In this document: in pieces, positions 28,226 through 36,230 of the stretch
Position numbering within the stretch: position 1 is the first letter of the stretch
How the letters are laid out: every line of letters starts with the position of its first letter
The notes under the pieces: model-generated
What the model saw: only the letters and a program-made list of their open reading frames with translations
What the model was told of the DNA's origin: nothing
Database searches by the model: none
Made by a program: the position numbers and the translations under genes
Assembly (NCBI GenBank): GCA_029006015.1
Contig: JAQXFY010000148.1
Coordinates: 1-55,438, forward strand
From: a bacterium
Lineage (GTDB): Bacteria > Bacillota > Clostridia > Christensenellales > SUG1161
Length of the DNA stretch: 55,438 nucleotides
Direction: 5' to 3'

Positions 28226-28258
28226 TTTACTAAATTACTAATTTAGTAATTTAGTAAA
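28226..28258. promoter_or_regulatory. Perfect 33-bp palindrome (operator or 5'-terminal mRNA stem-loop)
   Basis: TTTACTAAATTACTAA (28226-28241), T, TTAGTAATTTAGTAAA (28243-28258), with 16/16 complementary arms. It is built of four TTACTAA/TTAGTAA heptads at 8-bp phasing and ends at the AGGAGAGG RBS. Confidence 0.7.
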
Positions 28259-28271
28259 AGGAGAGGCTGTC

Positions 28272-28784
28272 ATGAAAATTCCTACAACACTCAAGCACAA
28301 GCCGGTTGTGGTGTGCGAAAATTATAACCGGGTGGATGGGCGCAATGCCTATACCGGCGATGCACAGGGGCTGTCGCTGGGCCTGGCCCAGTGGAACGAT
28401 CGGGGGCGTGTGGATATTTCGGCCAAGGTATGGCGGTATACGGGGGAAAAGTGGTCCCGCCAGTCGGAGGAAATGCCGCTAAACCGCGTGCTGGATCTGG
28501 CGATTTTAATCTGCCGCGCCCAGCTGTATTTTCAGGAAGAAGCATACCGCAATCCGGCGCTGTATGATGCCCAAAAACCGGAGATCGACCGCATTGGCCT
28601 GCAGGGCGATGCGATGACCCTTTCCATCTGTACCGATAACGACAAGATCGATGAGGATATCCGCCTGCTGGCGGACGCCCTGGGCCGCGATGGCGAGCTG
28701 CTGGGCGAGCGTATGGCGGTGCTGGGCCGACTGCTTAGCGAAATGGGCTATTGCCGGGGCGGGCAGACCCGGGCGCAAAAATAA
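28272..28784 (+). CDS. Hypothetical protein (170 aa), no family recognised
   Basis: Clean ORF with RBS AAAGGAGAGG. No TM segment, signal peptide or HTH is evident by eye. Confidence 0.7.
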   Translation: MKIPTTLKHKPVVVCENYNRVDGRNAYTGDAQGLSLGLAQWNDRGRVDISAKVWRYTGEKWSRQSEEMPLNRVLDLAILICRAQLYFQEEAYRNPALYDAQKPEIDRIGLQGDAMTLSICTDNDKIDEDIRLLADALGRDGELLGERMAVLGRLLSEMGYCRGGQTRAQK

Positions 28785-29060
28785 TCTGCGGCTGCGGGTG
28801 TGTGCGGCCGGGCGCTTGCTTTGAGCCCTGGCATGGCCTGCCGCAGGGAAACCCAGGAATAATCGTGTTATCCGGGCGGATGGGGCCATCCATAAGTCGA
28901 TGCCGCCGTGCCCACTGCCTGCCATTGGGAAACGGGCATGGCTTGCGCAAAACAATGGGGGGCAGGGCAACCGCAAGGGTCGGCTCTATCCCTTTGGCCG
29001 GCGGGCCGGCTGATGATGCCGCCGGATATTTTGGACTTTGGAAAAGGCGCAATTTTTTTC

Positions 29061-29089
29061 TTGACAGCGGCGCCGGGGTGTGCTAATCT
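29061..29089 (+). promoter_or_regulatory. Promoter of the trpB2 T-box leader
   Basis: TTGACA (29061-29066), 17 nt, TAATCT (29084-29089). Confidence 0.6.
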
Positions 29090-29372
29090 GTTGCCGTAAA
29101 CCGAGGACGAAGGGGAAGTACCCTGCGTGGCAACGTTTAAGAGAGCCGCCGGCGGTGGGATGGCGGTACGGGAAGCACAGGCGAATGGCCTTCCGAGGGC
29201 GCGCTGAATCAAAAGTAAGCAAGCCGGGTAGGGCGCTCCGTTACAGGCGCCGGCATATCGATGTGTATGCGCTGAGTGGGTACATCTGTTGTTGTACCAA
29301 GCCGGGTGGCACCGCAGAAGCCTTTGATCGCTTCTGTCCCTGCAAAGACTGTGGGGACAGAGGCGTTTTTTG
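29090..29372 (+). promoter_or_regulatory. T-box riboswitch leader with Trp (UGG) specifier
   Basis: AGAGAG at about 29140. The specifier context is GCGAA-TGG-C-CTTCCGAG (TGG at 29186-29188), parallel to the GAA-NNN-N-CUUCGAG layout of characterised T-boxes. The T-box sequence CGGGTGGCACCGC is at 29303-29315. The terminator is stem 29331-29340 / 29354-29363 plus TTTTTT. Confidence 0.8.
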
Positions 29373-29412
29373 TTCCCACGCGCTTTCCACTATTTTGAAA
29401 GGAGTGGACCAT

Positions 29413-30798
29413 ATGTCGGAAAAGAAAATCCCTTACAAGATCTACCTCAGCGAAGAGGAAATGCCAAAGCAGTGGTATAACATGCGGGCGGATATGAAAA
29501 ACAAGCCCGCGCCGCTGCTCAATCCCGGCACGTTAAAGCCTATGACCTTTGATGACCTGACGCCGGTCTTTTGCGATGAGCTGGTGCATCAGGAACTGGA
29601 TGATACCACGGCTTATTTTGATATCCCGCAGGAAATCCTTAATTTCTACAAAATGTACCGCCCGGCACCGCTGGTCAGGGCCTATTGCCTGGAGGAAAAG
29701 CTTCAAACGCCCGCTAAGATCTATTATAAGTTTGAAGGCAACAACACCTCCGGCTCCCATAAGCTCAACTCGGCCATCGCGCAGGCCTATTATGCCAAAA
29801 AGCAGGGGCTGACCGGTGTTACCACCGAAACCGGCGCGGGCCAGTGGGGCACGGCGCTGTCCATGGCGTGCAGCTATCTGGGGCTGGATTGCAAGGTGTA
29901 CATGGTTAAGGTTTCCTACGAGCAAAAGCCTTTCCGGCGCGAGGTCATGCGCACCTATGGCGCTTCGGTTACGCCCTCTCCCTCCATGCAAACCCAGGTG
30001 GGCCGCAAGATCTTAGCCGAGCATCCCGGTACCACCGGCAGCTTGGGCTGCGCCATTTCCGAGGCGGTGGAGGTGGCTACCTCCACACCGGGTTACCGCT
30101 ATGTGCTGGGCTCCGTTTTAAACCAGGTGCTGCTGCATCAGTCCATTATCGGGCTGGAAACCAAGGCGGCGCTGGATAAATATGGCGTCAAGCCCGATAT
30201 TATCATCGGCTGCGCGGGCGGCGGCTCCAACCTGGGCGGGCTGATTTCCCCGTTTATGGGCCAGGTGCTGCGGGGCGAGGCCAATTACCGCTTTATCGCC
30301 GTGGAGCCGGCTTCCTGCCCCTCCTTTACCCGTGGCAAATTTGCGTATGATTTTTGCGATACGGGCATGGTGTGCCCGTTGGCCAAGATGTACACCCTGG
30401 GCAGCGGCTTTATCCCCAGCGCCAACCACGCCGGCGGCCTGCGCTACCATGGCATGAGCTCCATCCTGTCCCAGCTGTATCACGATGGCCTGATGGAAGC
30501 CGTTGCGGTGGAGCAGACATCGGTCTTCCAGGCGGCGGAAATGTTTGCCCGCGTGGAAGGCATCCTGCCCGCGCCCGAATCCAGCCATGCCATCCGCGTG
30601 GCCATCGACGAGGCCCTCAAATGCAAGCAAACCGGGGAGGAAAAGACCATCGTCTTTGGCCTGACGGGCACCGGGTATTTCGATATGGTGGCCTACGAGA
30701 AGTTCCACGATGGCAAGATGACCGATTACATCCCCACCGATGCCGATTTGCAGGTGGGCTTTGACGGCATTCCCAAGTTCCCGGGGAACGAGTTTTAA
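29413..30798 (+). CDS. trpB: TrpB-like PLP-dependent enzyme (tryptophan synthase beta chain 2 type)
   Basis: 461 aa from ATG 29413. Sequence includes YYKFEGNNTSGSHKLNSAIAQAYYAKKQG...TETGAGQWGTAL...GCAGGGSNLGG. The long N-terminal extension is typical of TrpB2. No trpA is adjacent. Confidence 0.88.
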   Translation: MSEKKIPYKIYLSEEEMPKQWYNMRADMKNKPAPLLNPGTLKPMTFDDLTPVFCDELVHQELDDTTAYFDIPQEILNFYKMYRPAPLVRAYCLEEKLQTPAKIYYKFEGNNTSGSHKLNSAIAQAYYAKKQGLTGVTTETGAGQWGTALSMACSYLGLDCKVYMVKVSYEQKPFRREVMRTYGASVTPSPSMQTQVGRKILAEHPGTTGSLGCAISEAVEVATSTPGYRYVLGSVLNQVLLHQSIIGLETKAALDKYGVKPDIIIGCAGGGSNLGGLISPFMGQVLRGEANYRFIAVEPASCPSFTRGKFAYDFCDTGMVCPLAKMYTLGSGFIPSANHAGGLRYHGMSSILSQLYHDGLMEAVAVEQTSVFQAAEMFARVEGILPAPESSHAIRVAIDEALKCKQTGEEKTIVFGLTGTGYFDMVAYEKFHDGKMTDYIPTDADLQVGFDGIPKFPGNEF

Positions 30799-30836
30799 TC
30801 CTTTTTTAAGCAATACGGCCCTATAGGGGCAGCCAG

Positions 30837-30887
30837 GCCTGCATTGCGCGATGCCTTCATGGGGGGCACACGCGATGCAGGCTTTTA
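30837..30887 (+). terminator. Terminator hairpin after trpB2
   Basis: GCCTGCATTGCG (30837-30848) pairs with CGCGATGCAGGC (30871-30882). TTTTATG follows. The loop is long (22 nt). Confidence 0.55.
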
Positions 30888-31018
30888 TGTTGACGCCGCG
30901 GGCCTATTCTTCCCAAGGCTTGGTGCGCCCGAAGCGGGTTGTTTTATAAAGGGGCGGGCTTTATGATTTTGATATCATGCCCATTGGCCGATCAAAACGG
31001 TGCGGAGGAGGCAACACA

Positions 31019-31206
31019 ATGAAAAAATATGAATATGTCAATATCAAAGTAAGCGGCACATGGACGTCGCTTAACTGTATGGAGCATCGCACAATTATAG
31101 ACGAATACGCCCGGAAAGGGTATCGGTATGCAGGGTATATTCCACCAAAACGGATGGATACGGCAAAATCAACCAGATCGATCTGATATTTGAAACGGAA
31201 GTATAA
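31019..31206 (+). pseudogene. DUF4177-like small protein, apparently frameshifted at an A4 run
   Basis: Behind the GGAGGAGG RBS, frame 1 reads MKKYEYVNIKVSG...IIDEYARKGYRYAGYIPPK and then a non-homologous tail to TGA 31184-31186. Shifting by one base after AAAA (31047-31050) reads TDGYGKINQIDLIFETEV to TAA 31204-31206. That is the expected family C-terminus. Confidence 0.55.
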
Positions 31207-31400
31207 AGGCGGGCAGAGTCAGCCGGCCTGAAGGCAGGATGAAAAAGGCTTTCTTTGCCGGGAAAGCCTATGATATCGGGGATGGTAAGGCGGCTTGTGG
31301 CAGGTGCGGCCTGCCTAAAGCAAGGCCCATGGCCTGTGGGGCAGCGATTGTGCTAAACTGTGGGAAAGGAATGTTATCACATGCAAAGGGGGCGCTTTAG

Positions 31401-32084
31401 GTGCATTGCCAAAATTGCGGGGCCCAACTTAGCCCAAACGCGGCTTTTTGTGGGTTGTGCGGCGCACCGGTAAGCAGCGAAACAAACAGCCGCTATACCG
31501 TGTTTAAATATGATGCGGCGTATGCCAGGCAAACGCATGCTTATGTATCGTATGGCCGGATGATCGTTTGCGGGCTGCTTTATTGCCTTGCGCCGCTGCT
31601 GCTGATGTTTTTTGGCATGCGGTTTACGGCCATAGCCATGGGCCTGTCGTTTTGCGGCCTTGCGTGGTTGATTATCGAATGCTGTATCAAGCGAAAATAT
31701 TTTCTGGCGCGTCAATCGGCTATGGTATTGGAAAAAGGGCGGGATGCCGCCTATTATGTTACGTTCTTTGGCGATACAAGTACCGGGTTTGATATGGCAA
31801 CGCGGGCAGCGGCTGCTGCAGGCAATATGGATAACGCGGCCCTGCAGGCCCGGCTTGCCCAGATGGATCATAAGATCATCCAGGAGGTGGAGCGCTTCCG
31901 GGCGGGGAATAACCGGTATAACATTTGGACGGGCGGACAGGTGCGCGTGCTTGAGCTTAACCATATGACGGTTGTTCGATCGGCCGGGCGCTTTTGGGTT
32001 TGCGGCTATACCGGCAAAAATGGCAAATTAAAAACAATCAAGATCCCGGAATGCTTTCCGGCGCTTAAGGAGGCCCTTTTATGA
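31401..32084 (+). CDS. Zinc-ribbon domain membrane protein (227 aa)
   Basis: GTG start behind AAAGGGGG. N-terminal CQNCG...CGLCG knuckles, two TM helices and a soluble C-terminal domain. Confidence 0.7.
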   Translation: MHCQNCGAQLSPNAAFCGLCGAPVSSETNSRYTVFKYDAAYARQTHAYVSYGRMIVCGLLYCLAPLLLMFFGMRFTAIAMGLSFCGLAWLIIECCIKRKYFLARQSAMVLEKGRDAAYYVTFFGDTSTGFDMATRAAAAAGNMDNAALQARLAQMDHKIIQEVERFRAGNNRYNIWTGGQVRVLELNHMTVVRSAGRFWVCGYTGKNGKLKTIKIPECFPALKEALL

Positions 32085-32485
32085 TTTGCCCCAAATGCGG
32101 TTGGGAAATTTTACAGGATAAAAATTTTTGCGAGCAGTGCGGGTTTGATGCGCGCGCAATCACCCAGCAGCAAAATTGGCTGGAAAACGATCCCCTGCTT
32201 ATCATGATGAATAACCAATATGCCAAATGCGGGGTTATGCGGCTGATTTCGGGCATCGCGGTGGCGCTGTCGGTTTTTCTGATGTATAACGCGCTGGAAA
32301 ACAACATTGCCGATGGCTTTGGGGAGTTTGGCATGGTGCTGTTTGTGCCCGCCCTTATTGTGTTTATCGTGGCCTGCATCCTGCGCGGCTCGATGAAAAA
32401 GAAAATCAAAAGGCAGCTTTTGGTCAGAACCGCTGTTTTCCAGGGACGGGACGATTTGGAGCAGCGGGGAAACCCCACCCGGTAA
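32081..32485 (+). CDS. Zinc-ribbon domain membrane protein (134 aa)
   Basis: CPKCG...CEQCG knuckles and two TM helices. ATGA start-stop overlap with the preceding gene. Confidence 0.7.
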   Translation: MICPKCGWEILQDKNFCEQCGFDARAITQQQNWLENDPLLIMMNNQYAKCGVMRLISGIAVALSVFLMYNALENNIADGFGEFGMVLFVPALIVFIVACILRGSMKKKIKRQLLVRTAVFQGRDDLEQRGNPTR

Positions 32486-32647
32486 AATAAACCGCTTGCA
32501 TACACGTAAAAGCCGGCCGCGCCATAGGCAAAACGCAAGGCGCCCCGGCAGCCGGCCACAACAAAGGGCGGGCGCCTGGCCTGCGGGATAAAAGGCGGCT
32601 TTGCCTGCCTGTGGCCGTCCGCCCCATCGCATCGGAACCCAAGGGCA

Positions 32648-32939
32648 CACTTCTATACGCTCTAATCGGGCGTAACGTGCGGTGTGCGATTTTGTGGTGA
32701 ACCCAAGCCTCCCTTGTGTAAAGGGAGGTGGCACGGCGAAGCCGTGACGGAAGGATTGCCATGCAGCCAAAGTACAATAAGCCGGTGAATATATCGATGT
32801 TGTCGTACGGCAAACCTTCAGCCAGCTGCACGGACGGTTCCCTTTCCATAAGGCAGCCTTGGGCGCCTGCCGCACCGGCACATCATGAAAAAATCCCCCG
32901 TATGCTCATAACATACGGGGGATTTCCTGCTTTACGGAC
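32648..32939 (+). repeat. Copy B of the structured intergenic repeat (see 9519-9688)
   Basis: Contains tandem hairpins CCCTT-GTGTA-AAGGG and CACGGC-GAA-GCCGTG. The perfect 14-bp stem AAATCCCCCGTATG (32891-32904) / CATACGGGGGATTT (32912-32925) is followed by CCTGCTTTACGGAC. It is about 110 nt longer than copy A. Confidence 0.6.
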
Positions 32940-33202
32940 ACCCGGCTATAGGCCGGAATTTTTTCATCCCGCTTCGTTGAACCGCCTTTTATAAAAGCTT
33001 ACGTTTGCTGCGGCTATATCGTTGTACACGGGGACGCCTGCGTGCCCATCTTTGGGGCTAAGCCTTGGGCCTGATTTTTGCGGGCTGCTTTTTATCCTAG
33101 AGGCTGCGCGGAAAGGGGCGCATTTATGCTGCGGATAAACAGCTGCCGCGCCGCGCGGATAGCATTAGCCAAAAGAATGACAACGGTTTGGTTTATCCGT
33201 TT

Positions 33203-33230
33203 TTGATATGCTGTTGAAATATGCTATAAT
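33203..33230 (+). promoter_or_regulatory. Promoter of the AAC(3)-like/TauE operon
   Basis: TTGATA (33203-33208), 16 nt, TGC-TATAAT (33222-33230). Confidence 0.5.
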
Positions 33231-33252
33231 AGAACGGTTTGGGGGGATATGG

Positions 33253-34098
33253 GTGGACGAACGCAGCATGCTGGCCGGCCAGTTATCCGAATTGGGCATT
33301 GTTCCGGGCATGAAGCTGGAGGTGCATTCCAGCTTTAAATCCATGGGCCTTCGCACGCTTGCTCCGCTGGATGTGGTGGATATTTTATATACGGCGGTAG
33401 GGCGGGAGAAAGGGCTTGTCGCCATGCCGACGCACACCCTCAGCCTGGAGCATGCCATGGGGCGGGATGATTGGGCCCAGCCCTACCATCCCAAGCATGC
33501 CATTTCGCGTGTGTGCGGGGCGATGACGGAAGCCATCCGCCATTATCCCGGCGCCTGCAGAAGCGATCATCCTTCCCACTCCATTACCGCTATTGGCGGC
33601 AGCGCAGCGGATATTACCCGGGGGCATCTGGCGGCCGGGGCATGCGGCATCGGCTCGCCGCTGCACCGCATCGCTGCCTCCGGCGGAAAAGTGTTGCTGA
33701 TCGGGGTCGGGCTGACTTCCATGACCTTGGGGCATGTGGGCGAATTTATTGCAAACCTTCCCTGGCTGCAGCTGCCCTATGATGCCAAATGGGGCGATCA
33801 TTTTATTGTGCAGGATGATGACGGCAGTGTGCGCCGTGTACCCATCCGGGGCGGTTATGCCGGGTGCAGCAGCGCGTTTGGCCGCCTGCGCGCCCCGCTG
33901 GAAGCAGGGGGATACATCAAATGCGGCAAGCTGGGGCAAGCCGATTGCCTGCTGGTGGAAGGGGCGGCTGTGCTGACGGCGGTGTGTGCCATGCTGGCGG
34001 CCGATCCGGCTTCGCTTTTTTGCGATGACCCCCATTGCCCGTGTTGCCCGCCGCGGCGAGCATTGACGGATAAGCTGAAAGCGGAAGGAAAAGTATAA
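33253..34098 (+). CDS. Aminoglycoside N(3)-acetyltransferase family protein (AAC(3)-like)
   Basis: QLSELGIVPGMKLEVHSSFKSMG...LVAMPTH...RSDHPSHSITAIG...LLIGVGL. The start is uncertain. I prefer GTG 33253 (GGGGGGA RBS) or ATG 33268, because ATG 33208 of the track ORF lies inside the putative promoter. Confidence 0.75.
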   Translation: MDERSMLAGQLSELGIVPGMKLEVHSSFKSMGLRTLAPLDVVDILYTAVGREKGLVAMPTHTLSLEHAMGRDDWAQPYHPKHAISRVCGAMTEAIRHYPGACRSDHPSHSITAIGGSAADITRGHLAAGACGIGSPLHRIAASGGKVLLIGVGLTSMTLGHVGEFIANLPWLQLPYDAKWGDHFIVQDDDGSVRRVPIRGGYAGCSSAFGRLRAPLEAGGYIKCGKLGQADCLLVEGAAVLTAVCAMLAADPASLFCDDPHCPCCPPRRALTDKLKAEGKV

Positions 34099-34101
34099 AA
34101 C

Positions 34102-34866
34102 ATGGAATTTTCTCTGACAAAGGCCGCGATACTGGGCGGCCTGTGTTTCCTGGCGGCTGTTATCGATTCCATTGCGGGCGGCGGCGGGCTGATCTCGCTG
34201 CCGGCCTACCTGTCGCTGGGCTTTCCGGCGCATATCGCTGCGGGCAGCAACAAGTTTTCCGCCATGTGGGGAACGCTGATTGCCTGCATACGCTATGGGC
34301 GCAACAAAGCCGTTTTGTGGCTGTCTGCCCTGGTGGCGGCGGCGGGCGCGTTGGTAGGCTCCTTCGGCGGGGCCAAACTGGCGCTTTTTCTGGATGATAA
34401 AACGCTTAAATACGTTATGCTGGGCGTGCTGCCGCTGGTGGCCATCTTTGTGCTGTGGAAAAAACCCGGCATCAAGGAAGGCAAAAAGCAGATGAAGGGC
34501 GTGGCGCTGGTGCTTACCTCCGCTATCATCGGGTTGGTGGTTGGCGCCTATGACGGGCTGGTTGGCCCGGGAACGGGCACCTTTTTGGTTATCCTGTTTA
34601 CCGCCCTGTGCGGCCTGGATATGCTGACGGCTACCGGCAATGCCAAAGTGGTCAATCTGGCATCCAACATTGCAGCGATGGCGGCTTTTTCCTTTAGCGG
34701 CAAGATCGATCTGCGCTATGCCATCCCGGCTGCGGTATGCTCCGTGCTGGGCGGCTGGCTGGGCTCGGGCCTGGCCATTAAAAAGGGCGGCAAAATTATC
34801 CGCCCCATGCTGATTGTGGTGCTGGTGCTGTTGTTTGCCAAGATCATCTATGATCTGTTTTTTTAA
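34102..34866 (+). CDS. TauE/SafE (TSUP) family anion exporter permease
   Basis: 254 aa and polytopic, with VIDSIAGGGGLISLPAYL and GSNKFSA motifs. Confidence 0.85.
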   Translation: MEFSLTKAAILGGLCFLAAVIDSIAGGGGLISLPAYLSLGFPAHIAAGSNKFSAMWGTLIACIRYGRNKAVLWLSALVAAAGALVGSFGGAKLALFLDDKTLKYVMLGVLPLVAIFVLWKKPGIKEGKKQMKGVALVLTSAIIGLVVGAYDGLVGPGTGTFLVILFTALCGLDMLTATGNAKVVNLASNIAAMAAFSFSGKIDLRYAIPAAVCSVLGGWLGSGLAIKKGGKIIRPMLIVVLVLLFAKIIYDLFF

Positions 34867-34950
34867 AATAAGCTAAGGCGGGCAGAGCAGGCTAACGCTG
34901 CACAAGAAAATTATTGGAAGATATCATCCCAATATCGTTTGATAGGCATC

Positions 34951-34990
34951 AAAAAGGCGCCGCTAACATGCGGTGCTTTTTGTGCTTTTT
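34951..34990 (+). terminator. Intrinsic terminator after the TauE gene
   Basis: AAAAAGGCGCCGC-TAACAT-GCGGTGCTTTTTGTGCTTTTT. Confidence 0.7.
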
Positions 34991-35348
34991 AGCGGGTTCC
35001 TCAACAGCAGCCGATGGGGTATAATGATACTTGTTTAGGCGATTAATGCGGGAAATGCCCTGCCACCGCAATTTCTTTCCCGGCCTAAGCAAAACAGCAG
35101 GCTGTATCTGTGCTGGCTATTGCATATTTAACCGGGCATGATGGTTGTGGGGAAAAGGAACGGTTTGCAAGCAGGGAGCAGGGAATATGGGAAAAGCTTT
35201 CAATGGTTTGCCTTTATCCCGGTGTGGCCGGCTTTGCCGTGGAGGGCCTTTTATCAGAAAATTTATCAAACCGGTGCCGCCGTTTAAGCGTGATATCATC
35301 GGCGCTTTACGAGGGATGCTTTTATATTTGCGCAAGGAGCGATGAGGC

Positions 35349-36230
35349 ATGGATGCAATAAAAATAACCAATTTAACAAAATACTACGGACAATCCAGGG
35401 GCATTATTGGTCTTGATTTAAGGGTAGGACAGGGAGAATTTTTTGGCTTTATCGGGCCAAATGGGGCAGGTAAATCTACTACAATCCGTATTTTGCTGGG
35501 GCTTGTTGCCCCTACAAGCGGAAGCGCGAAGATTTTTGGCAAAGATATCATAAAGGAGCAAAAGGCCATATTGCAAAATGTCGGCTACCTGCCATCGGAA
35601 ACCGCGTTTTATCACGGCATGCGTGTTAAGGAAATATTGAAACTGTCTGCTGATTTGCGAAATATGGATTGCGTTGATGAGGCTAACATGCTTTGCGAGC
35701 GTTTACAGCTTGATGTATCGCGAAAGGTGGATGAGTTGTCTTTCGGCAATCGAAAAAAGGTTGCCATTGTATGCGCATTACAGCACCACCCCGATCTGCT
35801 TATCCTTGATGAGCCGACCGGTGGCCTGGATCCTCTTATGCAACGGGAGTTCTTTTATATCCTGCAAGAATTTCACAAAGGTGGCGCAACTATATTTTTA
35901 TCAAGCCATATTTTGGCCGAAATACAGCGCTATTGTACCCGCGCCGCCATTATTCGTGAGGGGAAAATAATTGCCTGCGACAGCGTGGAAGCCCTTTCAA
36001 AAACCAACGCCAAGCGCGTTACCGTTCGTGGGCATGTAAGCCTGGATGGGCTTGAGGGGGTCCGCGATAGAAAAGAAACGGATGACGCCGTCAGCTTCCT
36101 TTACAGCGGAGATATCAAAAGTTTGCTTTGTGCTTTGTCTGCCGGCCAGGTTTCCGACCTTGCGGTATCGGAGCCGAATCTGGAGGAAATATTCCTTCAT
36201 TATTATGAAAAGGAAGGCGAAGATAGATGA
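35349..36230 (+). CDS. ABC transporter ATP-binding protein (ABC-2 subfamily)
   Basis: Walker A GPNGAGKST, signature LSFGNRKK, Walker B LILDEPTGGLD. Lower GC than its surroundings. Confidence 0.88.
   Translation: MDAIKITNLTKYYGQSRGIIGLDLRVGQGEFFGFIGPNGAGKSTTIRILLGLVAPTSGSAKIFGKDIIKEQKAILQNVGYLPSETAFYHGMRVKEILKLSADLRNMDCVDEANMLCERLQLDVSRKVDELSFGNRKKVAIVCALQHHPDLLILDEPTGGLDPLMQREFFYILQEFHKGGATIFLSSHILAEIQRYCTRAAIIREGKIIACDSVEALSKTNAKRVTVRGHVSLDGLEGVRDRKETDDAVSFLYSGDIKSLLCALSAGQVSDLAVSEPNLEEIFLHYYEKEGEDR

Noticed and set aside
28785-29060. ORFs 28506-28976 (-), 28735-29052 (-) and 28751-29086 (+) between the orphan gene and the trpB2 leader.
   Set aside because: They are overlapping low-complexity GC-driven frames without RBSs. 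The region is better treated as intergenic.
31206-31218. 13-nt motif AAGGCGGGCAGAG just after the DUF4177-like stop (overlapping its last base), repeated 6 nt after the TauE stop at 34875-34887.
   Set aside because: It is too short to exclude chance in a GC-rich genome. The flanks do not align further, and no structure is associated with it.
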